64,000 bases of DNA from the sequence record OR525698.1, one strand, 5' to 3'. Source of the DNA: Escherichia phage vB-Eco-KMB43. Both the position numbers and the translations under genes were made by a program. Below the pieces are notes generated by a model. That model saw nothing but the letters and a program-made list of their open reading frames with translations, did not search any database and was not told the origin of the DNA. This document shows, one piece after another, positions 18,569 to 26,798 of the stretch (position 1 is its first letter; each line of letters begins with the position of its first letter).

Positions 18569-18598
18569 ATTATGCTATAGGCTAGACCAGGTTGTCAA
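18569..18598 (-). promoter_or_regulatory. early promoter (TTGACA ... CATAAT)
   Basis: Hexamers upstream of 18345-18536 ORF. Confidence 0.5.
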
Positions 18599-18621
18599 CA
18601 ACTTTTTTAATTTTTTGGAAA

Positions 18622-18647
18622 TAAAAAAGCCGACGCTAAGGTCGGCT
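18622..18647 (-). terminator. terminator
   Basis: Hairpin AGCCGAC-GCTAAG-GTCGGCT with A-run. Confidence 0.55.
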
Positions 18648-18654
18648 AATAAAA

Positions 18655-18963
18655 TCATTTAGACAAATAATCATTCTGTGCAATCCGGTCGGCGTATGCT
18701 GGTGTTACGTCAATCGCCAACACTTTAACGCGTGCTTTCTTGCGACCTGGGTTTTCTCGTAACCAGTGCTCATGACCGTGCACATTTTTATATTTTGATG
18801 CGGTTTCGAAGGTACGGATCGGACCTGGATAATCTGCGTAAAGGATCTCTAGGTCTTCGGTGATGTAAAAATATACATCATAATTACTGTTCTCTAGTTT
18901 AAGCAGAGAATTGCGAAATTGTGGTAAATTCTCGCGGGTAAATTCAACTACAAGATTTTTCAT
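18655..18963 (-). CDS. HxHW-motif small protein family member
   Basis: Shares H.HW and LAIDVTP motifs with five paralogs; start at ATG 18963 with GAGGA RBS. Confidence 0.5.
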   Translation of the reverse strand: MKNLVVEFTRENLPQFRNSLLKLENSNYDVYFYITEDLEILYADYPGPIRTFETASKYKNVHGHEHWLRENPGRKKARVKVLAIDVTPAYADRIAQNDYLSK

Positions 18964-18988
18964 AGTGATATCCTCATTCAGATAGATT

Positions 18989-19007
18989 AAAAGGGGCTTA
19001 ACGCCCC
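18989..19007 (-). terminator. terminator (GGGGC-TTAAC-GCCCC hairpin family)
   Basis: Same hairpin as the 14461 copy. Confidence 0.55.
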
Positions 19008-19012
19008 GTATA

Positions 19013-19300
19013 TTAAAACAGTCCTTCCTGTACACCGTAGTAGAGTTCGTCACTGATAATTTCATTAATGCGACGGTGTGCATATTCCTGATTTGCGAAG
19101 TTGTCAGCAAGTTCTACTTTAGTTTCGCCGTCATGAGTCCATTTAGTGATAACTTTACCATCTGCAAATTTGAAGTTGAACTCTTTAGCTACTGCATCGC
19201 GTACCAGACGTGCGAACTTGTTGTTACGGATTGCATTATCGGTTTCGTGTGCAGCGTGAGCAAATTTGTTAACTTTCAGAGTGATAGTAATGTATGCCAT
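19013..19300 (-). CDS. hypothetical protein (95 aa), AKEFN-motif pair with 22182-22493
   Basis: ORF after PeSL; shared motif RDAVAKEFNFK. Confidence 0.5.
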   Translation of the reverse strand: MAYITITLKVNKFAHAAHETDNAIRNNKFARLVRDAVAKEFNFKFADGKVITKWTHDGETKVELADNFANQEYAHRRINEIISDELYYGVQEGLF

Positions 19301-19346
19301 AATTTGATTCTCCTAGTTAGAAAGTGTATCTCGTTTCGATGGGTGT

Positions 19347-19375
19347 ATTATGCTATACACCCGATCCATTGTCAA
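19347..19375 (-). promoter_or_regulatory. early promoter (TTGACA-17-CATAAT)
   Basis: Hexamers upstream of 19013-19300 ORF. Confidence 0.5.
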
Positions 19376-19707
19376 CGCCTTTTTATAAAATAATTTTCGA
19401 TATCTTTATGATGTTTTTCTCGTGCTTGGTCTGCCTCGGCTGGCGATACGTTGGAAGCGATAATCTTCACTACTGTTGCACCTTTTTCGGTGTCCGACAC
19501 CCAATGATTATGGAAACCGCTATTATTAAACACTTGATAAGAAAATGATTTAATGCTAGGGAAATTATATGTGTAATAGCGTACCTTTAATTCTGAATCT
19601 ATGTATAGATAGATCACCGCACCTAGATAGACCGTCTCACTCGTTCCATCAACTAACAGTAGAGTATTTCGCAATTCTTCTAAATTGTCTTTTGTAAGAA
19701 AAATCAT
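19372..19707 (-). CDS. HxHW-motif small protein family member
   Basis: FHNHW ... IIASNVSPAEADQAREKHH. Confidence 0.5.
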   Translation of the reverse strand: MIFLTKDNLEELRNTLLLVDGTSETVYLGAVIYLYIDSELKVRYYTYNFPSIKSFSYQVFNNSGFHNHWVSDTEKGATVVKIIASNVSPAEADQAREKHHKDIENYFIKRR

Positions 19708-19721
19708 AGTATAATCCTCAA

Positions 19722-20045
19722 TTAAACCAAATTAACTTTGGTGTTGTGGTGTTTTTCTCGTGCTTCGTCCGCTTCTTCCGGTGTCACGTTACGAGCGACT
19801 ACAATAACACTTGCTGCCTCTCCGTGATGAGAGATCTCTACCCAATGGTTATGATTTGTGAATCCGTGTTTTATTGCGTAAGCGAACGGCTTGGACGTCC
19901 AGTAGTTACTATAATATCGTACATTTAGATCGCTATCAATGTACAAATATGTGCTGTCGTTTACATTGCCACTAACAACAAAAACAAGACAATTGCGAAG
20001 ATCTGGCAATATTTTGTCTGTCAATTTTATAATGTGACTGTTCAT
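19722..20045 (-). CDS. HxHW-motif small protein family member
   Basis: NHNHW ... VVARNVTPEEADEAREKHH; ATG at 20045. Confidence 0.5.
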   Translation of the reverse strand: MNSHIIKLTDKILPDLRNCLVFVVSGNVNDSTYLYIDSDLNVRYYSNYWTSKPFAYAIKHGFTNHNHWVEISHHGEAASVIVVARNVTPEEADEAREKHHNTKVNLV

Positions 20046-20047
20046 AA

Positions 20048-20257
20048 TTAACACCACTCAAGAGTTTTTGAAAACACATCTATCCATTGTTGAGTATATG
20101 CAGTTTCTTTCCACGAGACAATACCAGTAGAATAATGATTCTTGTTTCCAGAAAAGGACGGGCATTTTGATGCATCTTCCATCATCTTTTCGGCGAACTC
20201 TGGTTCGTATACTCGCAAGATCTGTTGATATGCTTTGTAGTCTTTAAATTTGCTCAT
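20048..20257 (-). CDS. hypothetical protein (69 aa)
   Basis: ORF in overlapping operon. Confidence 0.45.
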   Translation of the reverse strand: MSKFKDYKAYQQILRVYEPEFAEKMMEDASKCPSFSGNKNHYSTGIVSWKETAYTQQWIDVFSKTLEWC

Positions 20258-20522
20258 AATCGTTAACTACCTTATCAGCTTCTTTTATTGTTTTTACATC
20301 AACTGCGATAACCCGTAAAGGTTCGTCGTGGTTCCACCAATGATCGTGAATATCAGCTTGTGATTTATCACCAAAGGAATCACGAATATCATTTTTACAT
20401 TTATAGCTAATGTGACCGTCATAGTCAACATAAAGGTAATTATCGAAAATCGGCGTTTTTAAGATCATGCCGAAAAATCTTTCTTTGTGTGTCTTATCCA
20501 GTGTTGCAGTAATTCGCATCAT
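20244..20522 (-). CDS. HxHW-motif small protein family member
   Basis: HDHWW ... IAVDVKTIKEADK. Confidence 0.5.
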   Translation of the reverse strand: MMRITATLDKTHKERFFGMILKTPIFDNYLYVDYDGHISYKCKNDIRDSFGDKSQADIHDHWWNHDEPLRVIAVDVKTIKEADKVVNDYEQI

Positions 20523-20534
20523 AATATATTCCTC

Positions 20535-20714
20535 TTAGAAAGGGATGGTCATTTCTTGAGCTTGTACATTCTCGTTAGGATTAAACTTCATCCAACCGAT
20601 ATTGTCTACCAGCATATGCACATTTTTATCATATCCTACGTGAGTAGTCAATACTAAATGTGCTTTACCTTCAACGATGATTTCCATGTACTTCTGAACT
20701 TCGATAGCTTTCAT
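20535..20714 (-). CDS. hypothetical small protein (59 aa)
   Basis: ATG 20714 behind PeSL and GGAGAATCAA leader. Confidence 0.4.
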   Translation of the reverse strand: MKAIEVQKYMEIIVEGKAHLVLTTHVGYDKNVHMLVDNIGWMKFNPNENVQAQEMTIPF

Positions 20715-20747
20715 TTTTGATTCTCCGTTTGTTGTCTTGATGGGAGT

Positions 20748-20776
20748 ATATTACTACTCCCTTTAATCATTGTCAA
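20748..20776 (-). promoter_or_regulatory. PeSL early promoter (stem GGGAGTA/TACTCCC)
   Basis: TTGACA plus palindrome GGGAGTATATTACTACTCCC. Confidence 0.5.
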
Positions 20777-20779
20777 CTA

Positions 20780-20947
20780 TTATTTGTTAATTTCCGGTGC
20801 GTTGCTCGGATAGTAACCTTCTTTAACACCCAGATATTTTGCGACCATTCCGGTGATCTTCTGTGCTACTACAATGTCAAATTTCAGGTAGTCTTCACCG
20901 TGGTTTGCTACAATGTATGCTTCGCATTCTGCTTTAGTCTGGAACAT
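20780..20947 (-). CDS. hypothetical small protein (55 aa), paralog of 17159-17326
   Basis: MFQTKAECEAY...NAPEINK; PeSL upstream. Confidence 0.45.
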   Translation of the reverse strand: MFQTKAECEAYIVANHGEDYLKFDIVVAQKITGMVAKYLGVKEGYYPSNAPEINK

Positions 20948-20981
20948 TTTTGATTCTCCTATATCTCGTTGGTATGTGTGT

Positions 20982-21010
20982 AGTATAGGGGATCACCGAT
21001 CCCCTGTCAA
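20982..21010 (-). promoter_or_regulatory. PeSL early promoter (TTGACA-GGGGATCGGTGATCCCC-TATACT)
   Basis: Same stem-loop spacer as the 14982 copy. Confidence 0.6.
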
Positions 21011-21017
21011 CAACTTT

Positions 21018-21326
21018 TTATTCTTCATCTTCATCTTTATCTTGATATGCGTACGTCATAAATTTGTCTGCTACTTTGTCCGCGTTTTCAGGTTCTACGT
21101 CTGACGCTAGGACAACAGCTAGTTCTGTTTTGTCGTTTCCATCATACCAATGATTATGAGTGTCGTTTTCTTCGATATAAAACGAATCATTTGGAGTTGT
21201 GCGACAATATACGTCTAAATTCCCATCGATATAAAAGATCCAATCCGAATACAAAATGATTGTTTTAGCAAGATTTTTATTGCCTTCAACGAAAGGTTCG
21301 GCTACAAACAAATTAGTATGTTCCAT
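21018..21326 (-). CDS. HxHW-motif small protein family member
   Basis: THNHW ... VVLASDVEPENADK; start ATG 21326 with GAGGAAAAA RBS. Confidence 0.5.
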   Translation of the reverse strand: MEHTNLFVAEPFVEGNKNLAKTIILYSDWIFYIDGNLDVYCRTTPNDSFYIEENDTHNHWYDGNDKTELAVVLASDVEPENADKVADKFMTYAYQDKDEDEE

Positions 21327-21343
21327 AGTATTTTTCCTCAAAA

Positions 21344-21535
21344 TTATACAGCTTCGTAAACTTCCCAATGTCCAACACCAGCACGCTTAACGAAAAGGTT
21401 TTCTTTTATGTTATTCATAAACGTCTGGATGGATTTAATTCGTTTGGAAGGTTTCCAGTCTTCGTTGGTATTGCGTCGATACATCATAACATTACCAGAC
21501 CGCTTATATTCAGCAACCATTTTAAGACCACACAT
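21344..21535 (-). CDS. hypothetical protein (63 aa)
   Basis: ORF track; promoter-like motif upstream. Confidence 0.4.
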   Translation of the reverse strand: MCGLKMVAEYKRSGNVMMYRRNTNEDWKPSKRIKSIQTFMNNIKENLFVKRAGVGHWEVYEAV

Positions 21536-21580
21536 AATATTATCCTCAATTTGTGGGAGAGTATTACCCTCCCGATTATT

Positions 21581-21612
21581 GTTATACTACATTACGCAAA
21601 ATGGCGTGTCAA
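21581..21612 (-). promoter_or_regulatory. early promoter-like element with nearby GC palindrome
   Basis: TTGACA present; -10 weak; palindrome GGGAG...CTCCC displaced. Confidence 0.3.
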
Positions 21613-21912
21613 TGCTTCTTTTGCTGTTCCGCTAAGATTCTCTATCTCTCCTGGCATAACATCAACCGCCAGAACTTCTACAACATCCTCTGATCCTAAC
21701 CAGTGAGTATGACCTTTGTAGAACTTGATAATCAGACTACCTTCCTCATCCCATTTAACGCTATCGCTAGCCCACCACACATCACCGTCGATAAAGTTGA
21801 TGTAAAGCACACTACGCCACATTGAATTAATTACTTTCAATACTGCGCCTTTCATATCTTCCACGGTGTGGTCTTCCATTTTGAAGACCTCGCCTACCTG
21901 AACTTTTGCCAT
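21592..21912 (-). CDS. HxHW-motif small protein family member
   Basis: GHTHW ... LAVDVMPGE; RBS GAGAGGTGA. Confidence 0.5.
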   Translation of the reverse strand: MAKVQVGEVFKMEDHTVEDMKGAVLKVINSMWRSVLYINFIDGDVWWASDSVKWDEEGSLIIKFYKGHTHWLGSEDVVEVLAVDVMPGEIENLSGTAKEALTRHFA

Positions 21913-21929
21913 TTAGTCACCTCTCTTTA

Positions 21930-22109
21930 TTACATAACAATTACGCCAGCCGTTGAAAGTTGATGTTTCAACTGAGCATTTTCTGCTACTGTCAAATCAA
22001 TGATTTCTTGTGACGCTGCAATCATATAGCCATTGGTGATATTGTTTTGCATCAGTTCAATGGTTTCTTCGTTGTAGCGGATTTTAGCGATGATTTCGTT
22101 GAAGTTCAT
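21930..22109 (-). CDS. hypothetical small protein (59 aa)
   Basis: ATG 22109 behind PeSL; MNFNEIIAKIRY... Confidence 0.4.
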   Translation of the reverse strand: MNFNEIIAKIRYNEETIELMQNNITNGYMIAASQEIIDLTVAENAQLKHQLSTAGVIVM

Positions 22110-22143
22110 AATTGATTCTCCTAGTTCGTTTCGGTATGTGTGT

Positions 22144-22173
22144 ATTATAGGGGAGTTTAACCTCCCCTGTCAA
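22144..22173 (-). promoter_or_regulatory. PeSL early promoter (TTGACA-GGGGAGGTTAAACTCCCC-TATAAT)
   Basis: Consensus hexamers with stem-loop spacer. Confidence 0.6.
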
Positions 22174-22181
22174 CAACTTTT

Positions 22182-22493
22182 TTAAAGTTTTTCCATGATA
22201 ACGGTCATAATTACATCTTCTGCGCGAGCGGTCAGATTATCAGCGTCAGCATGTGGGCGGTTGGTTGTTACAGAGATAACACCGTTGCGCACTGGTTTGA
22301 TATTGATATCAAGATGATCCGCGAAACGTTCGCCAGTTACAGAATGAATTTTGGTGTTAAATTCTTTTGCCAGTGCCTTGCGAACTTCACGAATCAGGAT
22401 AGCGTTTTTCAGTTGGTTCTCCGCGCTCATGGTCTTCTGAGTGTTCATGGTTCCGTCGAAGTCAATCATTGGCAGCGTTACGATGTATTTCAT
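22182..22493 (-). CDS. hypothetical protein (103 aa), AKEFN-motif pair with 19013-19300
   Basis: Shared motif REVRKALAKEFNTK; PeSL upstream. Confidence 0.5.
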   Translation of the reverse strand: MKYIVTLPMIDFDGTMNTQKTMSAENQLKNAILIREVRKALAKEFNTKIHSVTGERFADHLDINIKPVRNGVISVTTNRPHADADNLTARAEDVIMTVIMEKL

Positions 22494-22537
22494 TTTTGAT
22501 TCTCCGTTTAAGAAAGTGTGTTTCGTTTTGATGTGTG

Positions 22538-22567
22538 TAGTATAGGGGATACGTGATCCCCTGTCAA
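22538..22567 (-). promoter_or_regulatory. PeSL early promoter (TTGACA-GGGGATCACGTATCCCC-TATACT)
   Basis: Consensus -35 with stem-loop spacer. Confidence 0.6.
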
Positions 22568-22580
22568 CAACTTTTTTGAA

Positions 22581-22925
22581 TTATTTTTTCATGAGCTTAA
22601 TGGCTTCTTCCATAGCCAGCACATTTCGATAGTTAGGGTATCGTGTTAGATCGTCATACATTCGCTTAAGGGTGGAAACTTCCTCAAACTCTGGGTTTTC
22701 TAGATACAGTTGAACAAATTGTTTCTCTACCATCTCGGCTTTTAGCTTGTCTGCTTGTTCCTGTTCATATGATTTCGTTGGACCCAACACCAACAAAATG
22801 ATAAAGGTGATCAACGGGCTAATGATCAATGATAGGATAACATAACCAATAACGCTACGGTTTAAACGGCTTGCGTACATGCCTACAAGGAAAACAAAAA
22901 GGATATAGATAAACAGAAAGAACAT
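22581..22925 (-). CDS. small membrane protein (two predicted TM segments)
   Basis: Hydrophobic N-terminal half FFLFIYILFVFLVGMY... IISPLITFIILLVLG. Confidence 0.5.
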   Translation of the reverse strand: MFFLFIYILFVFLVGMYASRLNRSVIGYVILSLIISPLITFIILLVLGPTKSYEQEQADKLKAEMVEKQFVQLYLENPEFEEVSTLKRMYDDLTRYPNYRNVLAMEEAIKLMKK

Positions 22926-22932
22926 ATAATGG

Positions 22933-23406
22933 TTACTCCTTATTTTCGCGCTCGTACTTTTCGAAATAAAATTCTACTGGCTGGTCGTGGATTGACAGCA
23001 AGCCAAAGCGTTTAGCCGCTCGCAATCCCATATTGCGCTGAATGTACTTCTGGAAGTTCTCGCGTATACACTTACGCCAGGATTCTAAGCCCATGCAGCT
23101 TTTATAAAGATTGCATTGCACACATGCCGGATTCATGTTATCAAGTATATCATGCTCCGGTTTATGCATTCCTACAACCTTATACTTCCACGATCCATCA
23201 TCATTACGGACAATTCGTCCATTTTCATCATAGACTACCTTTGAGCGTCGCAATACTGGTTTGATGTGGTCTGCGTGCCAGCGATCCCCTAGTTCCTCGC
23301 CACAATAGGCACAACGTCCACCATATTTCATTTTCAGGATCTGGCGTTGCTCTTTCTTTGACAATTTTTTAGGTTTAGGGGCTTTCGCCCCTTCATTATC
23401 ACACAT
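22933..23406 (-). CDS. HNH endonuclease (free-standing, homing-endonuclease-like)
   Basis: CAYCGE...WHADHIKP...N...CVQCNLYK pattern typical of the HNH motif. Confidence 0.7.
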   Translation of the reverse strand: MCDNEGAKAPKPKKLSKKEQRQILKMKYGGRCAYCGEELGDRWHADHIKPVLRRSKVVYDENGRIVRNDDGSWKYKVVGMHKPEHDILDNMNPACVQCNLYKSCMGLESWRKCIRENFQKYIQRNMGLRAAKRFGLLSIHDQPVEFYFEKYERENKE

Positions 23407-24901
23407 CGAATACCTCTTTTACTGTATTTGCAGTGGTCTTGTCGTAGCGAATACGTTTGATGATTGGGAGAAATAAAGAGAACTCCGGTTCATCTTCTTT
23501 ACGTGATTTGCTGCGAATGTACCCGTTGCATGTCATCTCAATGACTTTTCCAATCAGGTTATGACGGTCAGCCCATAACATTTCTCGGTCGAGTTCATTT
23601 CGACGATCGAACGGAATTACACGTTCAGTACCATCATCACCTTTTTCGGTTGTAGTGTCGGTTAATCCCGATCCGGTGTTAGTCATCATTCGTCCGCACG
23701 CACTACGGACAGTAAAACCGCCTACCTTATTGGGGTCTTTACTATGCGGATATACATCAACAATTTCCGCGTCGAAGTCAATCACTTCTTTAAATTTAAC
23801 CTGATCTTTACTACGGCGATCTTCAAATACACCATGTAAATTTTTAAGGATAATACCTTCTAAGCCCATGTTGACATAACGATGATATACTTCGCGAGCT
23901 TCATCGATATTGTTAACTACAGTGTTTTCTATGATCTGAACACGAGGATCGTTAAGTTCTTCAACAATCTGTTTTAGTTCTTCGAATCGATCTTTATATT
24001 GCTTCGTTGCTTTCTCGTTTCCGTAATACACATCACGGTCGATAACATCCCAGACAGTGTAAACAATACATTGGGCTTCTTCTTTTGGAATAGTTCCTTT
24101 AAGTGATTTGTTGAGGATACCATTTCCGGTCTGACGATCTGCAACAACGGATTCTTTCACTGCTTCCGCTACTGGCGTTAATGGCATTTCCTCTTCTTCA
24201 AATATCCATGACAGAGTACCATCATAAACGCTTTCAACGAAGTTCTGCGCTGGTGTTTGCGAAAGGGTAGGCATATATACCAATTCGCCATCTAGAACAA
24301 TTCCACGGCCTCGTAGACGCTCTAAAACCGCAAACAAATCATCAAGCCCTTGATAGGTATTACCTGAGCGGGTATAGATTGCTAATGTTTCCCCGTCAAT
24401 ATCAGCCATACCACGAGCGCCATCGCTTTTAAGTTGTGCATACGCCGGATACTTGATATTAGCAATAGTCTTATCAGAACATGACGATGCAAGGTGGCAC
24501 GGTTGCTGGGGGATCAGTTTCTTCCATACCTTGTTTGCAGTGGTAGCGGAACAGCCGCATTCCAGATCACGATTCAGGACCATCATTGCAACTTTAGCAT
24601 CATCCTCTGACAAGCAAGTCAGAGTATCGGTAACTAGCTGTAATGCTGCATTACCAGTTACTTGACGCGTGGCAAGTTTATTTTTAAAGACCTGTAATGC
24701 ACCGGATAAAGACAATACAGACGAATAGCGAGACGGTTTATCGTATTTCTTTACGCCAAACGTAACCTGTTTGCAATATGCCAGATAAAAGCATTCTTTC
24801 AGCGTTTCATTGCTCGCGGATTCTTTCAGAATCTTTTCTTTCAGCGATGTTTTGTCTGTTGCTGCAAGCTGATTAATGATATTAAGAATTGACATTTTCA
24901 C
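23399..24901 (-). CDS. 30: ATP-dependent DNA ligase gp30
   Basis: 500 aa, adenylation motif KSDGARG, T4 ligase-like length and position. Confidence 0.9.
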   Translation of the reverse strand: MKMSILNIINQLAATDKTSLKEKILKESASNETLKECFYLAYCKQVTFGVKKYDKPSRYSSVLSLSGALQVFKNKLATRQVTGNAALQLVTDTLTCLSEDDAKVAMMVLNRDLECGCSATTANKVWKKLIPQQPCHLASSCSDKTIANIKYPAYAQLKSDGARGMADIDGETLAIYTRSGNTYQGLDDLFAVLERLRGRGIVLDGELVYMPTLSQTPAQNFVESVYDGTLSWIFEEEEMPLTPVAEAVKESVVADRQTGNGILNKSLKGTIPKEEAQCIVYTVWDVIDRDVYYGNEKATKQYKDRFEELKQIVEELNDPRVQIIENTVVNNIDEAREVYHRYVNMGLEGIILKNLHGVFEDRRSKDQVKFKEVIDFDAEIVDVYPHSKDPNKVGGFTVRSACGRMMTNTGSGLTDTTTEKGDDGTERVIPFDRRNELDREMLWADRHNLIGKVIEMTCNGYIRSKSRKEDEPEFSLFLPIIKRIRYDKTTANTVKEVFDV

Positions 24902-25361
24902 CTCGTTTTGTTAAACGTTCACGAATATCATTGAGGATACTACAAAATTCCGATTCAGTCAATATAGTCTTTAACGGATCAGTTCCACCTATGCTATGAC
25001 GTAATTTCTTATTTCCGGTAGCAAGTAATGCTTTACAAAATTCTGGGTTATTCCGTGCCATCGTAACAAATGCCAGATGTACCAGTCTGTAATAATGCTC
25101 ACTCATTCGATGAATCGGGCGACCCTGAAAATATAACATGTGATTCTCAATCTTTTCAGTTCTTCCGGTTCTTTTTGCTTTGCCACCGTGCATCAAAAAG
25201 ATTTCTCTTTGTCTCTGAGGGTTCTTAAATCTTAGCCCCTGTAAAAATCCTTCTGTGCTGTTAATATCGCAGCCAAATAAACGGAATGGTCTTTTATTGA
25301 AATTACTCAATTCACCCGATGGATAAGGTCCACCCGCATAGATATCAATTTCAGAAGTCAT
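24882..25361 (-). CDS. NADAR (YbiA/DUF1768)-like domain protein
   Basis: Motifs YAGGPYP.GELSNF, TEGFLQGLRF, KALLATG resembling the NADAR family. Confidence 0.5.
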   Translation of the reverse strand: MTSEIDIYAGGPYPSGELSNFNKRPFRLFGCDINSTEGFLQGLRFKNPQRQREIFLMHGGKAKRTGRTEKIENHMLYFQGRPIHRMSEHYYRLVHLAFVTMARNNPEFCKALLATGNKKLRHSIGGTDPLKTILTESEFCSILNDIRERLTKRGENVNS

Positions 25362-25598
25362 TGAAACTAATCTCGCTAATCAGAGAGAACGGATCATAAT
25401 CGTCATTAGGAATATCGATAGTAATCGAATGAGGATTTACCCATACACCAAACTGGTCTTCTTCGGTGAATACTTCGGTATGGATTTCGTGGATGTTTAC
25501 ATTCATAGTTTTCATAATAAAATTTCCTTAATAATCAATAACTTACAAAATCATATAGCCAAAATATAGGCGGGATTATTTCCCGCCGTTTAAAATCA

Positions 25599-25922
25599 TT
25601 AACCGTAAACTACCACAATATTCTGTTTGTGTGTTACAGTCCATTTCAGGTCGATCTCTTCTTCCTTCTTAACGCCGTTAATAACGTCTGGATGAGGAAC
25701 TTTATTCATCTTGCCATGTGGCAGTAAAACAGTTTTACCCAGCAATTCTTTATCTACCGTTTCACCGATATCAATAATCTTACCTACCAGCGGAATCTCG
25801 CCCATAGTGCGCTTTTGCTCAATAATGATCCCCATAGAGCTTTTTACTTCTGTCCCTGCGCTTTCTGCTTTAGCTTCAATGATCACATAGTCACCAAGTG
25901 CTTTAGGAGTTTTAACGGTCAT
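25599..25922 (-). CDS. 31: co-chaperonin gp31 (GroES-like)
   Basis: 107 aa; GDYVII and NKVPHPDV motifs as in T4 gp31. Confidence 0.8.
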   Translation of the reverse strand: MTVKTPKALGDYVIIEAKAESAGTEVKSSMGIIIEQKRTMGEIPLVGKIIDIGETVDKELLGKTVLLPHGKMNKVPHPDVINGVKKEEEIDLKWTVTHKQNIVVVYG

Positions 25923-25963
25923 AATTTTATTACCTCTTCAAATCAATACAGTTTAATGATGAA

Positions 25964-26284
25964 TTATTTATAAATTTCGACGATCTGCGCTGGAGTCAGC
26001 CCGTCTACATTAATCAGACTATCAAGCCCAAAACTACGGAAACCTTCAACTGCAATTTCATATACTGGCAAAGATGTTTCTGATTCTTTACGCGGTTTTT
26101 CAACATTCGGAACTAACCACTTTTCGTATGTTTCAAACGGCATCAGTGCCGGATCTCGCGTGGCGATCATCTCACGGACAGTACCATCTTTCTTAGTAAA
26201 CTGCAAAGAGTGAGTACCGACCGAAAACATTTTCTTTAGTGCTTCACGAAGTGCGATATTATCAACTTGTTCAGTCATTATCAA
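25964..26284 (-). CDS. hypothetical protein (106 aa)
   Basis: ORF between cd and gene 31, overlaps cd stop. Confidence 0.5.
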   Translation of the reverse strand: MIMTEQVDNIALREALKKMFSVGTHSLQFTKKDGTVREMIATRDPALMPFETYEKWLVPNVEKPRKESETSLPVYEIAVEGFRSFGLDSLINVDGLTPAQIVEIYK

Positions 26285-26777
26285 TACCCTTCAAATCAGT
26301 CAATAATGCTTTTGGAATACGCGTGATTGTAATATCTGCATTATTCAGAATATCAGCCCAATCACGCCCACCATTTCGATCATATGTGTCGCAATAGTAT
26401 AGATGTTTAATACCACTGTTTGCAATTGCTTTAGCGCAATCTGGACACGGTGAAGCAGTACACCACATACTAGCGCCTTCAATCGATACACCGCTACGGG
26501 CAGCAAACAAAATAGCATTTAATTCAGCATGGATCTCGTTTTTCTGTGACCATGCACTATGCTCTGGTCGTTTTTCTGGGATCATTTTGCCGTCATCATC
26601 CAGCCAACCGTTTTTATGTGCATGACAGCTACAATTTACTTGCCCTGCTGGAGTTCCGTTAAATCCAGTAGAAATGATTCGCCCGTCTTTTTCGATCAGT
26701 GCGCCTACCTTCCACGAAACGCATTTAGAGTTCTTTGCGATTAGATAGGCGATCTGCATGTAAGTTTGTGACAACAT
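26271..26777 (-). CDS. cd: dCMP deaminase
   Basis: Zinc-binding motifs HAELNAI and PCPDCAKAI. Confidence 0.85.
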   Translation of the reverse strand: MLSQTYMQIAYLIAKNSKCVSWKVGALIEKDGRIISTGFNGTPAGQVNCSCHAHKNGWLDDDGKMIPEKRPEHSAWSQKNEIHAELNAILFAARSGVSIEGASMWCTASPCPDCAKAIANSGIKHLYYCDTYDRNGGRDWADILNNADITITRIPKALLTDLKGIDND

Positions 26778-26798
26778 AATATAATCCTCACATAGTAA

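Noticed and set aside
14700-22570. Possibility that the repeated ~50 bp GC-palindrome units form a CRISPR array
   Set aside because: Units are irregularly spaced (250-600 bp), each precedes a protein-coding ORF, and they contain -35/-10 promoter hexamers; not CRISPR repeats
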